NCBI GenBank assembly: GCA_051251855.1
Contig: JBPOGI010000002.1
Location: forward strand, 160,001-224,000
Length of the DNA stretch: 64,000 nucleotides
Reading direction: 5' to 3'
Origin: Roseibacillus sp.
GTDB taxonomy: Bacteria; Verrucomicrobiota; Verrucomicrobiia; Verrucomicrobiales; Akkermansiaceae
Under the pieces are notes generated by a model, which saw only the letters and a list, made by a program, of their open reading frames with translations, was not told the DNA's origin and made no database searches. Of the stretch, positions 9,604 through 18,532 are shown piece by piece. A program made the position numbers and the translations under genes. Each line of letters begins with the position of its first letter. The first letter of the stretch is position 1.

Positions 9604-10155
9604 ATGGTTTTGGAGATCAAACAGTACGGCGATCCCGTGCTTCGCAAAAAGTGCCGCAAGGTGACCGAGGTGACGGATGAAATCCGCACCTTGAGTGAGA
9701 ATATGATTGAGACCATGATCGATGCTAATGGCGTGGGTTTAGCGGCTCCTCAGGTGGGAATTGATCTTCGGCTAGCGGTGGTGGATGTGGCGCATGATCC
9801 GGAGTCGATAACTTATCTGAAAGTCGATGGTAAGGTGACCCCGCTGGAGGAGGTGATGCCGCTGGTGTTTGTGAATCCTGAATTGGAGTTCGGTTCTGAG
9901 AAGGAAATGGGTCGGGAAGGGTGCCTCAGTATTCAAGGAATCCTGTCGGAAGTGAAGCGGCCGATAGATGTCATTGCTACTCTGGAGCTTCTCGATGGCA
10001 GTGTCATTAAACTGGAGACGGATGGTCTCTTGGCGAGGGCGATTCAGCACGAGACGGATCATCTCAATGGCGTGCTTTTTACGGACCGAGTGCCGCCAGC
10101 TACCAAGCTGTCCTTAAAGAGAAAGCTCAAGAAGCTTCAAGAAGAAGGTGGCTAG
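9604..10155 (+). CDS. def: Peptide deformylase
   Basis: GVGLAAPQVG, EGCLS, QHETDHLNG motifs. Confidence 0.97.
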   Translation: MVLEIKQYGDPVLRKKCRKVTEVTDEIRTLSENMIETMIDANGVGLAAPQVGIDLRLAVVDVAHDPESITYLKVDGKVTPLEEVMPLVFVNPELEFGSEKEMGREGCLSIQGILSEVKRPIDVIATLELLDGSVIKLETDGLLARAIQHETDHLNGVLFTDRVPPATKLSLKRKLKKLQEEGG

Positions 10156-10266
10156 GACAGCTGCCTCTTGCCGAGGTTTAGAAAAGGGTTGAGACACATT
10201 CCGCGAGGATAGCTCTTGGTGGCACGCTTTCCATGTGCTAGATACAAGCTTAATCCACTAATCAAG

Positions 10267-11244
10267 ATGTCTCAAGGAAACAGCATTTTCTCCAGCCCCA
10301 ATGGTTCCAATGGGGAAGCGCCCGCCAACCCTTTCGCTAGCCTCGCCGCTGGCACGCAGAAGGCTGCAGCGGCTAGTCCTTTCGCAGCAGTTACGCCTGC
10401 TGAGCCCGAGTCTCCCTTCGGTTTTGCGGCCGAGGAAGCTGCACCCGAGCGTCCTCAGGCAAAGTTGCCCGAAAAGCGCACCCAGACTCCGATGCCTCCG
10501 GCAGAGGATAATCCTTTTCTTTCTGCAGCTTCAGCTCCCCAAGCTGAGGCGGCACCAAGCGCGCCGGCTCCTGCCGCATCTCCTTTCACTTCTGAGAGTT
10601 CATTCGAGGCTCCAGCAAAGCCTGCTCCTGCGCCTCAACAAGAGAGCCAAGGGTTTGGGGCGGCGGAGAACCCGCTCTCTGCTCCTGCTCCAACTCCGGC
10701 AAGAGCTCCTGAGCCTGAGCTCGCACCAGTAAGGCTTGAGCAACCGGTGGCAGCTCCTGCTCCCGCACCTCAACCGGCCCAAGCCGCTCCGCAAAGCAGC
10801 CCAGAATTCGCTTCACAGGCTGCCCAAGCAGCTCCAGTTCAAGCGGCTCCAGCTCAAGCGGCTCCGGTTCAGCAGGTTGCGGCTCTTAGCCAAGCTCCAT
10901 CGGGTGGGCAGTCTACCCGCCAACTGGAACTCCGGGCGATCTTTGGTTCGGAGGGTGAAATGAGCCGTGATGAAATTTTGACGCGAGCAAAGGGTCTTCC
11001 TGGCATTCGGGAAGTAACTGTCGTTGGCCCAGGAGAGACCTCAGCAGTCCAGACGATTGGCGATGTCATGGCGCGCTTTGGCTTCGGAGGTACCGGTTCT
11101 TGGCAGATGACTTGCTCTGGAGGAGTGGTTGATTTTGTTTCTTCTGAGAATACCACTTTGGCGGTTCTGCGCGAAGGTCGTTACTCGGCGGGTGTCTGGG
11201 AAACTTTGATGATTGTCGCTCGGGAGCTTGGAAAGTTGTCCTAG
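10267..11244 (+). CDS. Pro/Ala-rich disordered protein with C-terminal roadblock/LC7 (MglB-like) domain
   Basis: About 220 aa of P/A/Q-rich sequence, then ~105 aa with a roadblock-like pattern (LPGIREVTVVG...RFGFG...GVVDFV...TLAVL...GV..TLMIVARELG); adjacent to an MglA-like gene. Confidence 0.55.
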   Translation: MSQGNSIFSSPNGSNGEAPANPFASLAAGTQKAAAASPFAAVTPAEPESPFGFAAEEAAPERPQAKLPEKRTQTPMPPAEDNPFLSAASAPQAEAAPSAPAPAASPFTSESSFEAPAKPAPAPQQESQGFGAAENPLSAPAPTPARAPEPELAPVRLEQPVAAPAPAPQPAQAAPQSSPEFASQAAQAAPVQAAPAQAAPVQQVAALSQAPSGGQSTRQLELRAIFGSEGEMSRDEILTRAKGLPGIREVTVVGPGETSAVQTIGDVMARFGFGGTGSWQMTCSGGVVDFVSSENTTLAVLREGRYSAGVWETLMIVARELGKLS

Positions 11245-11261
11245 TTCTTTCTTACGAAACG

Positions 11262-11810
11262 ATGGCTCAGTCTCTCAAGTTTGTTATCTTGGGGACGACC
11301 ATGCTCGAAGTGAAAGAGTTGTTGGGACTGCTCGCTCAATCGATGAAGGGGTCTGAGATTTCTCATGGAGAGGTCGCTGGTTCACGAGTTTGTCGATTTT
11401 CGGGTGTGGAAAAATTGGAAAAAGGATTGGAACGAGAGTTCACGGTTTACGGTGCTTCGATGGAGTTCGACTTTCGCGGGGTGCTTAACCTGCTTGTTGG
11501 AAATGCGGATGGGCTGATTGGTTTGATACCGGCAGATCTGACACGTGTTGGTGAAAGCCGAAAGGTTCTCACCTCTCTTCATCGAGTGTTAGAAGCCTAT
11601 CGAGCAGAAGAGAAGGAGCTTCCGATCGCGATTCAATATCACTGGGCGCTCCAGCAAACGGGGTTGAGTCCAGAGGAACTTGACCAGAACTTGGGAGTCA
11701 ATCCTCAGGTTGTTGCAAGGGTCCTATCCCACGCCGGTGACGATAATATTCGAACGGGAATTCTTGCTCTTTTCGAAGGTCTTCAAAGGCTGAAGTCGTC
11801 GCCTAAGTAA
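11262..11810 (+). CDS. Degenerate MglA-like small GTPase fold protein (P-loop lost)
   Basis: LKFVILG...FTVYG...LLVGNADGLIGL...R.GES...L..L...ELPIAIQYH is collinear with MglA (KIVYYG...FHLYTVPGQ...LILKGVDGVVFV...IPYVIQYNK), but there is no GxxxxGKT, PGQ or NKxD. Confidence 0.55.
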   Translation: MAQSLKFVILGTTMLEVKELLGLLAQSMKGSEISHGEVAGSRVCRFSGVEKLEKGLEREFTVYGASMEFDFRGVLNLLVGNADGLIGLIPADLTRVGESRKVLTSLHRVLEAYRAEEKELPIAIQYHWALQQTGLSPEELDQNLGVNPQVVARVLSHAGDDNIRTGILALFEGLQRLKSSPK

Positions 11811-12541
11811 TACTTTCGGGCTTCTGGATCGTTGGCAATGGTCTCCGCCGATCCTTCTAGAATGACGCGGCCATCGACGAGTAGATAGGTGCGGTCGGTG
11901 ATGTGAAGTGTTTCGCGGACATTGTGGTCGGTTATCAGGAGCGCGAGTCCATCTTCGGCTCGCAGTTGGGTGATGATTTTTTGGATATCTGAAACCGCAC
12001 GTGGATCGACACCAGAGAAGGGCTCGTCGAGAAGAAGGATAGTGGGGTCTGTGCAAAGGGCGCGGGCGATAGTGAGGCGGCGCTTCTCGCCGCCGGAAAG
12101 GGTGATGGCAAGGGATTTGCGAATATTGGTGATGCCGAAGCGTTCCATGAGACCTTCCGCTTTCGCTTTGCGATCTTTTCTGTTGATTCCTTTTTGGGCT
12201 TCTAGAACTGCGAGAAGGTTTTGTTCGACGGTGAGCTTGCGGAAGATTGATTCTTCCTGAGGTAGGTAGCCAAGACCTGAGCGTGCGCGTCTGTGAATGG
12301 CGTGTCGGGTCACGTCCTTCCCGTTGAGATGAACCTTGCCTTTGTCAGGAGGGACGAGGCCGGCGACCATGTAAAAGGTGGTCGTTTTTCCAGCTCCGTT
12401 TGGCCCAAGGAGACCAACTATCTCGCCTGGTTTTACATGGAGGGCAACGTTCTCAACGACCGGGCGCTTGCCGTAGCATTTACGCAGTCCGGTGACTTCG
12501 AGAATATGCTCGGAAGGTGCTTCTTTCTTCTTGGGTGCCAT
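11783..12541 (-). CDS. lptB: LPS export ABC transporter ATPase
   Basis: GLLGPNGAGKTTTFYM, GYLPQEESIFRKLTVEQN, LSGGEKRR, LLDEPFSGVDP, LITDHNVRETL. Confidence 0.96.
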   Translation of the reverse strand: MAPKKKEAPSEHILEVTGLRKCYGKRPVVENVALHVKPGEIVGLLGPNGAGKTTTFYMVAGLVPPDKGKVHLNGKDVTRHAIHRRARSGLGYLPQEESIFRKLTVEQNLLAVLEAQKGINRKDRKAKAEGLMERFGITNIRKSLAITLSGGEKRRLTIARALCTDPTILLLDEPFSGVDPRAVSDIQKIITQLRAEDGLALLITDHNVRETLHITDRTYLLVDGRVILEGSAETIANDPEARKYYLGDDFSL

Positions 12542-12544
12542 TGC

Positions 12545-13837
12545 CTAGTTCTTCTTGAGGGGCAGATTCTTGGCTCCAAAGTTCCATGCGCCAGCCGAAG
12601 TGTGGGCGCTCATGGATTTCCCTGCGAGCTCGATTGTCACCGAAGCATTTTTGTCGGCAGCACGAAGATGCATTTCGCCTTTTCCTTTCTTAGTCCAGAA
12701 GGTGGGGTTGCCGTCTTTTAGGATGAGTACTTTGTCTTGGTCGTTATAGAAGGCGGTGGCTGCGGTGGCTTCCACTGGGTTCCCTTCTTTGTCGATTCCG
12801 CTGAAGTGGACTCCCCCTGTGGCGACGAGGTTTTTCACGTCGGTGATGTTGAGTTTGGCTCCTTGGTCCTTATCACCTTCCTTGTCGTTGTCCTTTTTAT
12901 CCTCTTCAGCCGCAGCATTGAAGAAGACTTTGATTTCTTCTTGGGCCTTTAAGGTGAAGCGTGCTTCCTTGACTACGACATTGCGCAGGAGGACGAGGAG
13001 GTTCTCGTTGCCATCGAAGAAGCAACCGCCGTCGCAGTGAATCGTGAACTCTGGGTCCTTCAAAGGGGGGTTGCCTCCGACGGCGGCGTTGGGGGCGGGA
13101 GGATTCTGGATGAGAAGATTGAGGGACTTGGACTCGACGTCTTCTGCGAATTGCATGAGTCGTTGATCGGCTAGCTTGGACTCCGCTTGGTTCTCGCTGG
13201 TTGTCTGCTCGATCTGTTGCTGGCTGGCTTGGATTTCTGAACGAGAGGATTTCGCCAAGCGCTCGACTTCGAGAAGGGCTTCTGCGCTGGGTGGTTTATG
13301 ACCGGAGTTAGCGACGAGCAAGCTTGTCGAGGCGAGAAGGGCGTGAAATGGGTGGAGCATGGTGGGATGGTGGGCTGTTTGTTTTGAGAAGATGTCGCAG
13401 TCGAGAGGGCCAAAGATAAAGCCGCGGCGACTATCGAGATGGAAGACGCCACCGTTTCCCGTGATATGGAAGCGAGGGCTGCGAGCGGTGATGGTTTCCT
13501 GCACGGTGAGGACGCCTGGGGTGATGCGGTAGCGGGCATGTTTCATGTCTACCGAGACGTCACCGTCCACCGCTTCGTAGGCCATACGCAGCTGGATGCC
13601 GGTGCAGTCAACCATGATGGGTTGCCGGCCTTCAACTGGCTTGCCATCCGCGAGAATCTCCATGAGGTCGGCTTTGAGATAGGCAACGCGATTCTGGTTC
13701 TCGTCATAGCGAGGGATGGTGACATCACTGAGGGTGCTATTGAGGGGCAGGACCTCGAGACTAGGGGACAGCTCAGAGGAGTAGAGCAGAGTTGCTCCGA
13801 GTGCTATTCCCAATGAAACTGACGTGCCGACGGTCAA
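12545..13837 (-). CDS. LptC/LptA-like beta-jellyroll protein (possible LptC-LptA fusion)
   Basis: Lies between kdsA and lptB; two beta-rich regions, the C-terminal one with OstA/LptA-like VATGGVHF...ATAATAFY...LILKDGNP. Confidence 0.65.
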   Translation of the reverse strand: MTVGTSVSLGIALGATLLYSSELSPSLEVLPLNSTLSDVTIPRYDENQNRVAYLKADLMEILADGKPVEGRQPIMVDCTGIQLRMAYEAVDGDVSVDMKHARYRITPGVLTVQETITARSPRFHITGNGGVFHLDSRRGFIFGPLDCDIFSKQTAHHPTMLHPFHALLASTSLLVANSGHKPPSAEALLEVERLAKSSRSEIQASQQQIEQTTSENQAESKLADQRLMQFAEDVESKSLNLLIQNPPAPNAAVGGNPPLKDPEFTIHCDGGCFFDGNENLLVLLRNVVVKEARFTLKAQEEIKVFFNAAAEEDKKDNDKEGDKDQGAKLNITDVKNLVATGGVHFSGIDKEGNPVEATAATAFYNDQDKVLILKDGNPTFWTKKGKGEMHLRAADKNASVTIELAGKSMSAHTSAGAWNFGAKNLPLKKN

Positions 13838-14649
13838 ATCTTAAGCGCATTTTGAATGGCGAGAAGAGAAGTTAGCACGGTTTCGAGCTGGGCCAAGGGG
13901 ACTTGGTTGGGGCCATCAGAAAAGGCATTCGGTGGGTCGGCGTGCGTTTCCATGAAGACGCCATCGACTCCGGTAGCGACTGCGGCGCGAGCAAGGACGG
14001 GGGCGAGCTCTCCGTCACCTCCGGTGGTTTTTCCATCGCCTCCCGGACGCTGTACCGAGTGGGTGGCGTCGAAGATGACTGGGACGCCTTCCTGACGCAT
14101 CCAGTAGAGGGAGCGCATGTCGGTGACGAGGTTGTTGTAGCCAAAGGTGGTGCCGCGCTCGGTGAGGGTGAATTTCTCGCAACCGAAGTGGCGCATCTTT
14201 TGCACGATGTTCTTACAATCCCATGGAGCTAAGAACTGGCCTTTCTTAATGTTGACGCCGCGACCGGTTTTGGCGGCGGCTTCGAGGAGATCAGTCTGGC
14301 GGCAGAGGAAGGCAGGGATTTGTAGGAAGTCGACGTGCTCGGCTGCGATTTCGGCATCCTGAGGAGTGTGCACGTCTGTGGTGACAGGCACGCCCAGTTC
14401 TTTACCGATGGCACCGAGAAGGGCGCAACCTTCTTTGGGGCCGGGGCCGCGATAGGAGTCGGCAGCGGTGCGGTTGGCCTTGTCGTAGGAGGCTTTAAAA
14501 AAGAAGGGAATCCCGAGGCGGTCGGCGATGACTTTGATGTCCCGCGCCATTTGCCAGGTGAATTCTTCCGATTCGATGGCGCAGGGGCCAAGAATGAAGA
14601 AGAGGTCGTCTCCTCCGAGGGTGATGTTTTGGATGTTAAATGTATTCAT
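13834..14649 (-). CDS. kdsA: KDO 8-phosphate synthase
   Basis: GPCAIES, KASYDKANRT, QIPAFLCRQTDLL, KKGQFLAP, ERGTTFGYNNLV, FDATHSVQRPG. Confidence 0.97.
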   Translation of the reverse strand: MNTFNIQNITLGGDDLFFILGPCAIESEEFTWQMARDIKVIADRLGIPFFFKASYDKANRTAADSYRGPGPKEGCALLGAIGKELGVPVTTDVHTPQDAEIAAEHVDFLQIPAFLCRQTDLLEAAAKTGRGVNIKKGQFLAPWDCKNIVQKMRHFGCEKFTLTERGTTFGYNNLVTDMRSLYWMRQEGVPVIFDATHSVQRPGGDGKTTGGDGELAPVLARAAVATGVDGVFMETHADPPNAFSDGPNQVPLAQLETVLTSLLAIQNALKI

Positions 14650-14927
14650 TCTTCTTCGTCGTTTCCGAGTTCGCCTTTTTCTGCTGCTGCCAACAAGTTT
14701 TCGATATTGGAGACGGCCTTATCGAGGAAGGCTCGTTCCTCGTCAACGAGGTTGCCCTTGGTCTTTTCTTGCAGCATTTCCAAGGAATCGAGCACGCTCT
14801 GAGCAGCGCGAATGTTGATGGCAGTTTGACCGGTGGCGGGATTAGGAATTTTCCCCAGAAAGAGGCCCGCATTCTGTGCTTGGAAGAGCACAAAATCCAT
14901 AAATCGTTTGTCGAGAGTTTCAGACAT
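14646..14927 (-). CDS. DUF1844-like protein
   Basis: LFLGKIPNPATG...AAQSVLDSLEMLQEKTKGNL..EE pattern. Confidence 0.8.
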   Translation of the reverse strand: MSETLDKRFMDFVLFQAQNAGLFLGKIPNPATGQTAINIRAAQSVLDSLEMLQEKTKGNLVDEERAFLDKAVSNIENLLAAAEKGELGNDEEE

Positions 14928-14987
14928 TCTTGAGAGAAACGATGGCCGCTCCTCTATGCGCTGTCGAGTCGTGATTGTCTTTCCGAT

Positions 14988-15992
14988 TTAGAGGCCGGGG
15001 AGTTGGGACTTGGAGAGTTCTTCTTCGATGATGGCTTCGCAGAGTCGGATTTGTTCTTGGCGGCGTTGGCGGGCTTCGGCGGCGAGGACTTGAAGGCCGT
15101 CGACATCGTAGAGGTAGACCTCGTCGATCTCGCCGACTTTGGGGTCGATGTCGCGGGGGACGGCGATGTCGACCATGAGGAGGGGGCGGTATTTGCGTTT
15201 GCGGCGCACGTTTTCGATGTGCTCGGGCTTGATGACGTGGTGGGGAGCGCCGGTAGAGGAGATGATGATGTCGACTTTCTTGAGGGACTCCTCCCAGTCG
15301 TCGAAGCGGATGGCGCTGCCACCCATCTCTTCGGCGAGGAGGACGGCTTTGTCGTAGGAGCGGTTGGTAACGAACATGCTTTGGGCGCCGCGCGAGAGGA
15401 GGGATTGCGCGGTGGTACGGGACATTTCGCCGGCGCCGATGACCATGACTTGGGAATCCTTGAGGTGGCCGAAGATTTTCTCGGCGAGGTCGACGGCGAC
15501 GCTGCCGACAGAGGTTTGGCCTTCTTGGATGCCGGTGGAGTTGCGGACTTTCTTGCCGACGGTGAAGGCGCGCTGAAAGAGGCGGTTGAGGACGCCACCA
15601 GTGACGCCAGCTTCGAGAGCGGCGGCGTAGCCCTTCTTGACTTGGCCAAAGATTTCGGTTTCGCCGAGGACCATGGAGTTGAGCCCGCTGACGACGCGGC
15701 AGAGGTGGACGGCGGCTTCGCGAGCGTGCTTTTCGTAAAAGTGCTCGTCGGTGGTGACTCCGAAGCGTTCTTGCAGGTGATTGGCAAGGGAGGTGGCTGC
15801 TTCTTCGAGGGAGTCGGCGGCGAGATAGAACTCGGTGCGGTTGCAGGTGGAGATGACGACGCCTTCAGCGATGGAGTCGCCGTTGACGAGGGCGGTGGAT
15901 TCTTCACCGAGGTGGGTGTTGGCAATGGAGACCTTTTCACGCAGCTCGACGGGTGCGGTTTCGTGGTTGAGGCCGAGGCAGAAGAGTTTCAT
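14988..15992 (-). CDS. hemA: Glutamyl-tRNA reductase (short C-terminus)
   Basis: GLNHETAPVELREK, STCNRTEFY, SGLNSMVLGETEIFGQVK, GAGEM, DIAVPRDI. Confidence 0.95.
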   Translation of the reverse strand: MKLFCLGLNHETAPVELREKVSIANTHLGEESTALVNGDSIAEGVVISTCNRTEFYLAADSLEEAATSLANHLQERFGVTTDEHFYEKHAREAAVHLCRVVSGLNSMVLGETEIFGQVKKGYAAALEAGVTGGVLNRLFQRAFTVGKKVRNSTGIQEGQTSVGSVAVDLAEKIFGHLKDSQVMVIGAGEMSRTTAQSLLSRGAQSMFVTNRSYDKAVLLAEEMGGSAIRFDDWEESLKKVDIIISSTGAPHHVIKPEHIENVRRKRKYRPLLMVDIAVPRDIDPKVGEIDEVYLYDVDGLQVLAAEARQRRQEQIRLCEAIIEEELSKSQLPGL

Positions 15993-16001
15993 CGTGGGTG
16001 A

Positions 16002-16769
16002 TTAGATGAGGCCAAAGGCGAGCAGGGAGGCGATGAAGAGGAAGAGGGAGGAGAAGGCGAGTTTACGTGGCGGGAGGCCGCGGATGTAGGCAATGCCGAC
16101 GAGGATGGCGTAGGCAATCCAGACGAGTGAGGCGATGATGAGGTGTTGGTTGACCTCGACATTAGGGGCGAGGAAACCACCGATGATACCGATGGTGAGG
16201 ATGGCGAGGCCAATGAGGAGGAGGCGCTTGGTTGAGTCGATGAGGTTGTGGACGGAGGGGAGGTTGTTGAAGAGGCCACCTGTGAGCTTTTTCTCTTTGA
16301 GAAGATTGTCGAGAATGACGAACATGATGCCGGAGACGGCAGCAAGGGTGAGGGCTCCAAATGATAGAACGGAAAGGGCGGCATGGGATTCGCGCCAAGC
16401 ATTGGTATTGGCGACGTGCTCGGGGTTTTGGGTCATGAGCTCGGGGATGAGCGCGATCAGCTGGAGAACGACAACGACGGGGGCGGTGAAGAGGCCAAGG
16501 AGGGAGAGGCGGTAGGTGGGGCCGACGACGAGGTAAAAGAGGACGAGTGACCACGAGAGGAAGGCGAGGATTTCGCCGGGGTCGGAGAGGGGGCAGGCTC
16601 CGCGCATTTCGCCGCGGAGGCCGAGAGCCATGAGCTGGATGACGAAAGTGAGACCGAGAAGGGGCAAGGTGAGACGACTGCGATGGCCGCTGGTGAGCGA
16701 CTTCCACGCATTGTAGGCCGCGAAGGCGGCGAAGGCGGTTGCGAGGGCTAGGAGCCAGCGTTCAGTCAT
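16002..16769 (-). CDS. Cytochrome c assembly CcsA/HemX-family membrane protein
   Basis: About 8 TM helices, H..LSVLSFG..., LK.KK....LPS motif; co-transcribed with hemA. Confidence 0.78.
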   Translation of the reverse strand: MTERWLLALATAFAAFAAYNAWKSLTSGHRSRLTLPLLGLTFVIQLMALGLRGEMRGACPLSDPGEILAFLSWSLVLFYLVVGPTYRLSLLGLFTAPVVVVLQLIALIPELMTQNPEHVANTNAWRESHAALSVLSFGALTLAAVSGIMFVILDNLLKEKKLTGGLFNNLPSVHNLIDSTKRLLLIGLAILTIGIIGGFLAPNVEVNQHLIIASLVWIAYAILVGIAYIRGLPPRKLAFSSLFLFIASLLAFGLI

Positions 16770-16797
16770 AGGGGTGGAGGTTTATTGAAGTGCTGGC

Positions 16798-17016
16798 TTA
16801 ATCACCGGTGCGATGACCTACAGAATCATAGAAGGCGTGTCGACTTGCTTCGCGGGGAGATTTGCCGTCCCGTTCATATTGTTTGGCCCGTCGTTCTCGC
16901 TGTCGATCCTCTCTAGAACCAAAGAGATCGTCGGAAATCATCTCAATCATCACTCCGCAGCTTGAGAGGGTGAGGGTTATGATAGAAATGCTGGCGAAGG
17001 AGAGGACTTTTTTCAT
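16798..17016 (-). CDS. Small lipoprotein
   Basis: MKKVLSFASISIITLTLSSC lipobox. Confidence 0.7.
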   Translation of the reverse strand: MKKVLSFASISIITLTLSSCGVMIEMISDDLFGSREDRQRERRAKQYERDGKSPREASRHAFYDSVGHRTGD

Positions 17017-17114
17017 TCGAACGACTGGGTGGAAGCTACCATGGATGAAAGGAGGTCGCAACTGCCTCGAAGTTGGGAGAAATTGGAGTTTGGTTTCAGA
17101 ATTAACGGTTCAAA

Positions 17115-17309
17115 TTATTGTAGGGTGGGTTTTCCTTCGGTGCGATAATAGGAGCGGCGCTCTTGTTTTTCGCGGGATTCTGGGTAGCTCGTTTCGTCGT
17201 CGTCATCGCCGGAAAAAATGCCGCCGATGATGGATTCGGCGATAGCGCCGCAGCTGGTAAGTGAAGCTGTCAAGACGAGGAGGCTGGCGAGGAGAGAGAG
17301 CTTTTTCAT
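17115..17309 (-). CDS. Small lipoprotein
   Basis: MKKLSLLASLLVLTASLTSC lipobox. Confidence 0.7.
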   Translation of the reverse strand: MKKLSLLASLLVLTASLTSCGAIAESIIGGIFSGDDDDETSYPESREKQERRSYYRTEGKPTLQ

Positions 17310-17375
17310 CGATTTTCGGTGAGGAGGCTAGCAAGAGCGATGGTTGAGTGCAATAAGACCTTGTGGGGTCTGCTG

Positions 17376-18263
17376 TTAGGAAGAGGCCACGGTTATCTTA
17401 CTTGCTAGGGTGTGGCTAGCTCCGGGGGCGAGAATGCGGGTGTCGTGGCGCGCGTTCGTGGCCTCAACGCAGACGAAGTCGCGAAAGGCCTCGTTGGGAA
17501 GGTCGGAGAGGGCGGAAGCTTTTTCGAGCCAAGGATTCCAGATGACGGTGGAGAGGGAGCCTTCTTTGCTAACGGTGATGATGCGGTTCCAAGAGGGGTC
17601 GTGAAGGATGACGGGGTTGGGGGTGTCGTAGTAAATACGGTCGACCTCGTTGGTAATGGTGAGGGCGTCTTCGTCTTGGGTCGTGGTCGTTTCTGGCGAG
17701 GTGGTGGTGTCGAGGAAGGGAGTGTGCTGAAGGCCTGCGAGGGTGATGTTGTCGATGTTTGAGAGGGCAAGGTAGGTGTGAAGTGCTCCTCCGACGGGGA
17801 TGTCCTCCTGCGACAGATTGGTGGTTTCGAGGGAGACGGTGGCGCATTTCCCCAAGGTGAAAATGGCTTTGAGTAAAAAGGGAAAAGGAACGTGCTCGGC
17901 GACGGCTAAAGACGGGGGAAGGGTGAGGATGATTTCGGCGACGTCGTCTTCAACGAGGGCGGATTCGAGGGTCCAAAAGCGATTGCGTGCCACGCCGTGT
18001 GAAGGATGTTGGTCGGGGGCTGAGGGATGAGCATTGAACCAAGGCCAGCAGAGAGGGATTCCCCCTCGGATAGCTTTGCCCTCGCGGTAAACCGCAGTGG
18101 GTGATGTGTAGAGAACAGGTTGCGTGGTGTGGCTGGGCTGCCAGTGGGTGAGGTGGGCTCCGTGGAGGGCTAGGGTGGCAGAACAGTGAACGGTTTCGAC
18201 TTCGAGGGCGGGGTAGCCGTCGGAGAGTTCGATGTGTCTAATTCCAACGGGCAGAGGGCTCAT
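17376..18263 (-). CDS. D-hexose-6-phosphate mutarotase (aldose 1-epimerase family)
   Basis: GAHLTHW, KAIRGGIPLCWPWF, HGVARN, ALHTY, EVDRIY, VIWNPW, FVCVE. Confidence 0.92.
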   Translation of the reverse strand: MSPLPVGIRHIELSDGYPALEVETVHCSATLALHGAHLTHWQPSHTTQPVLYTSPTAVYREGKAIRGGIPLCWPWFNAHPSAPDQHPSHGVARNRFWTLESALVEDDVAEIILTLPPSLAVAEHVPFPFLLKAIFTLGKCATVSLETTNLSQEDIPVGGALHTYLALSNIDNITLAGLQHTPFLDTTTSPETTTTQDEDALTITNEVDRIYYDTPNPVILHDPSWNRIITVSKEGSLSTVIWNPWLEKASALSDLPNEAFRDFVCVEATNARHDTRILAPGASHTLASKITVASS

Positions 18264-18532
18264 CCTCGTTAGAATAACGCCCATCCCCCAATATTCAATA
18301 GCAGAGGGTTGAGTGGAGAGCGGATTGATTATCAATGGTTTTCGGGATTCCGGAGGTTCCGGTTACCATTCTCTTGGCATTGCATCCCTTTAAAATATTG
18401 TTAATAACGAGTGAAAAATACCCTTTTAGGCTTGCGGAGTGGTCTCCAAGAAAACTAACGTTTTCCCGATTCCCTAACCCTGATTACATTAAATTGCATT
18501 TCCAGGCCCGGGAGAACGCATTTTAAAAGTAT

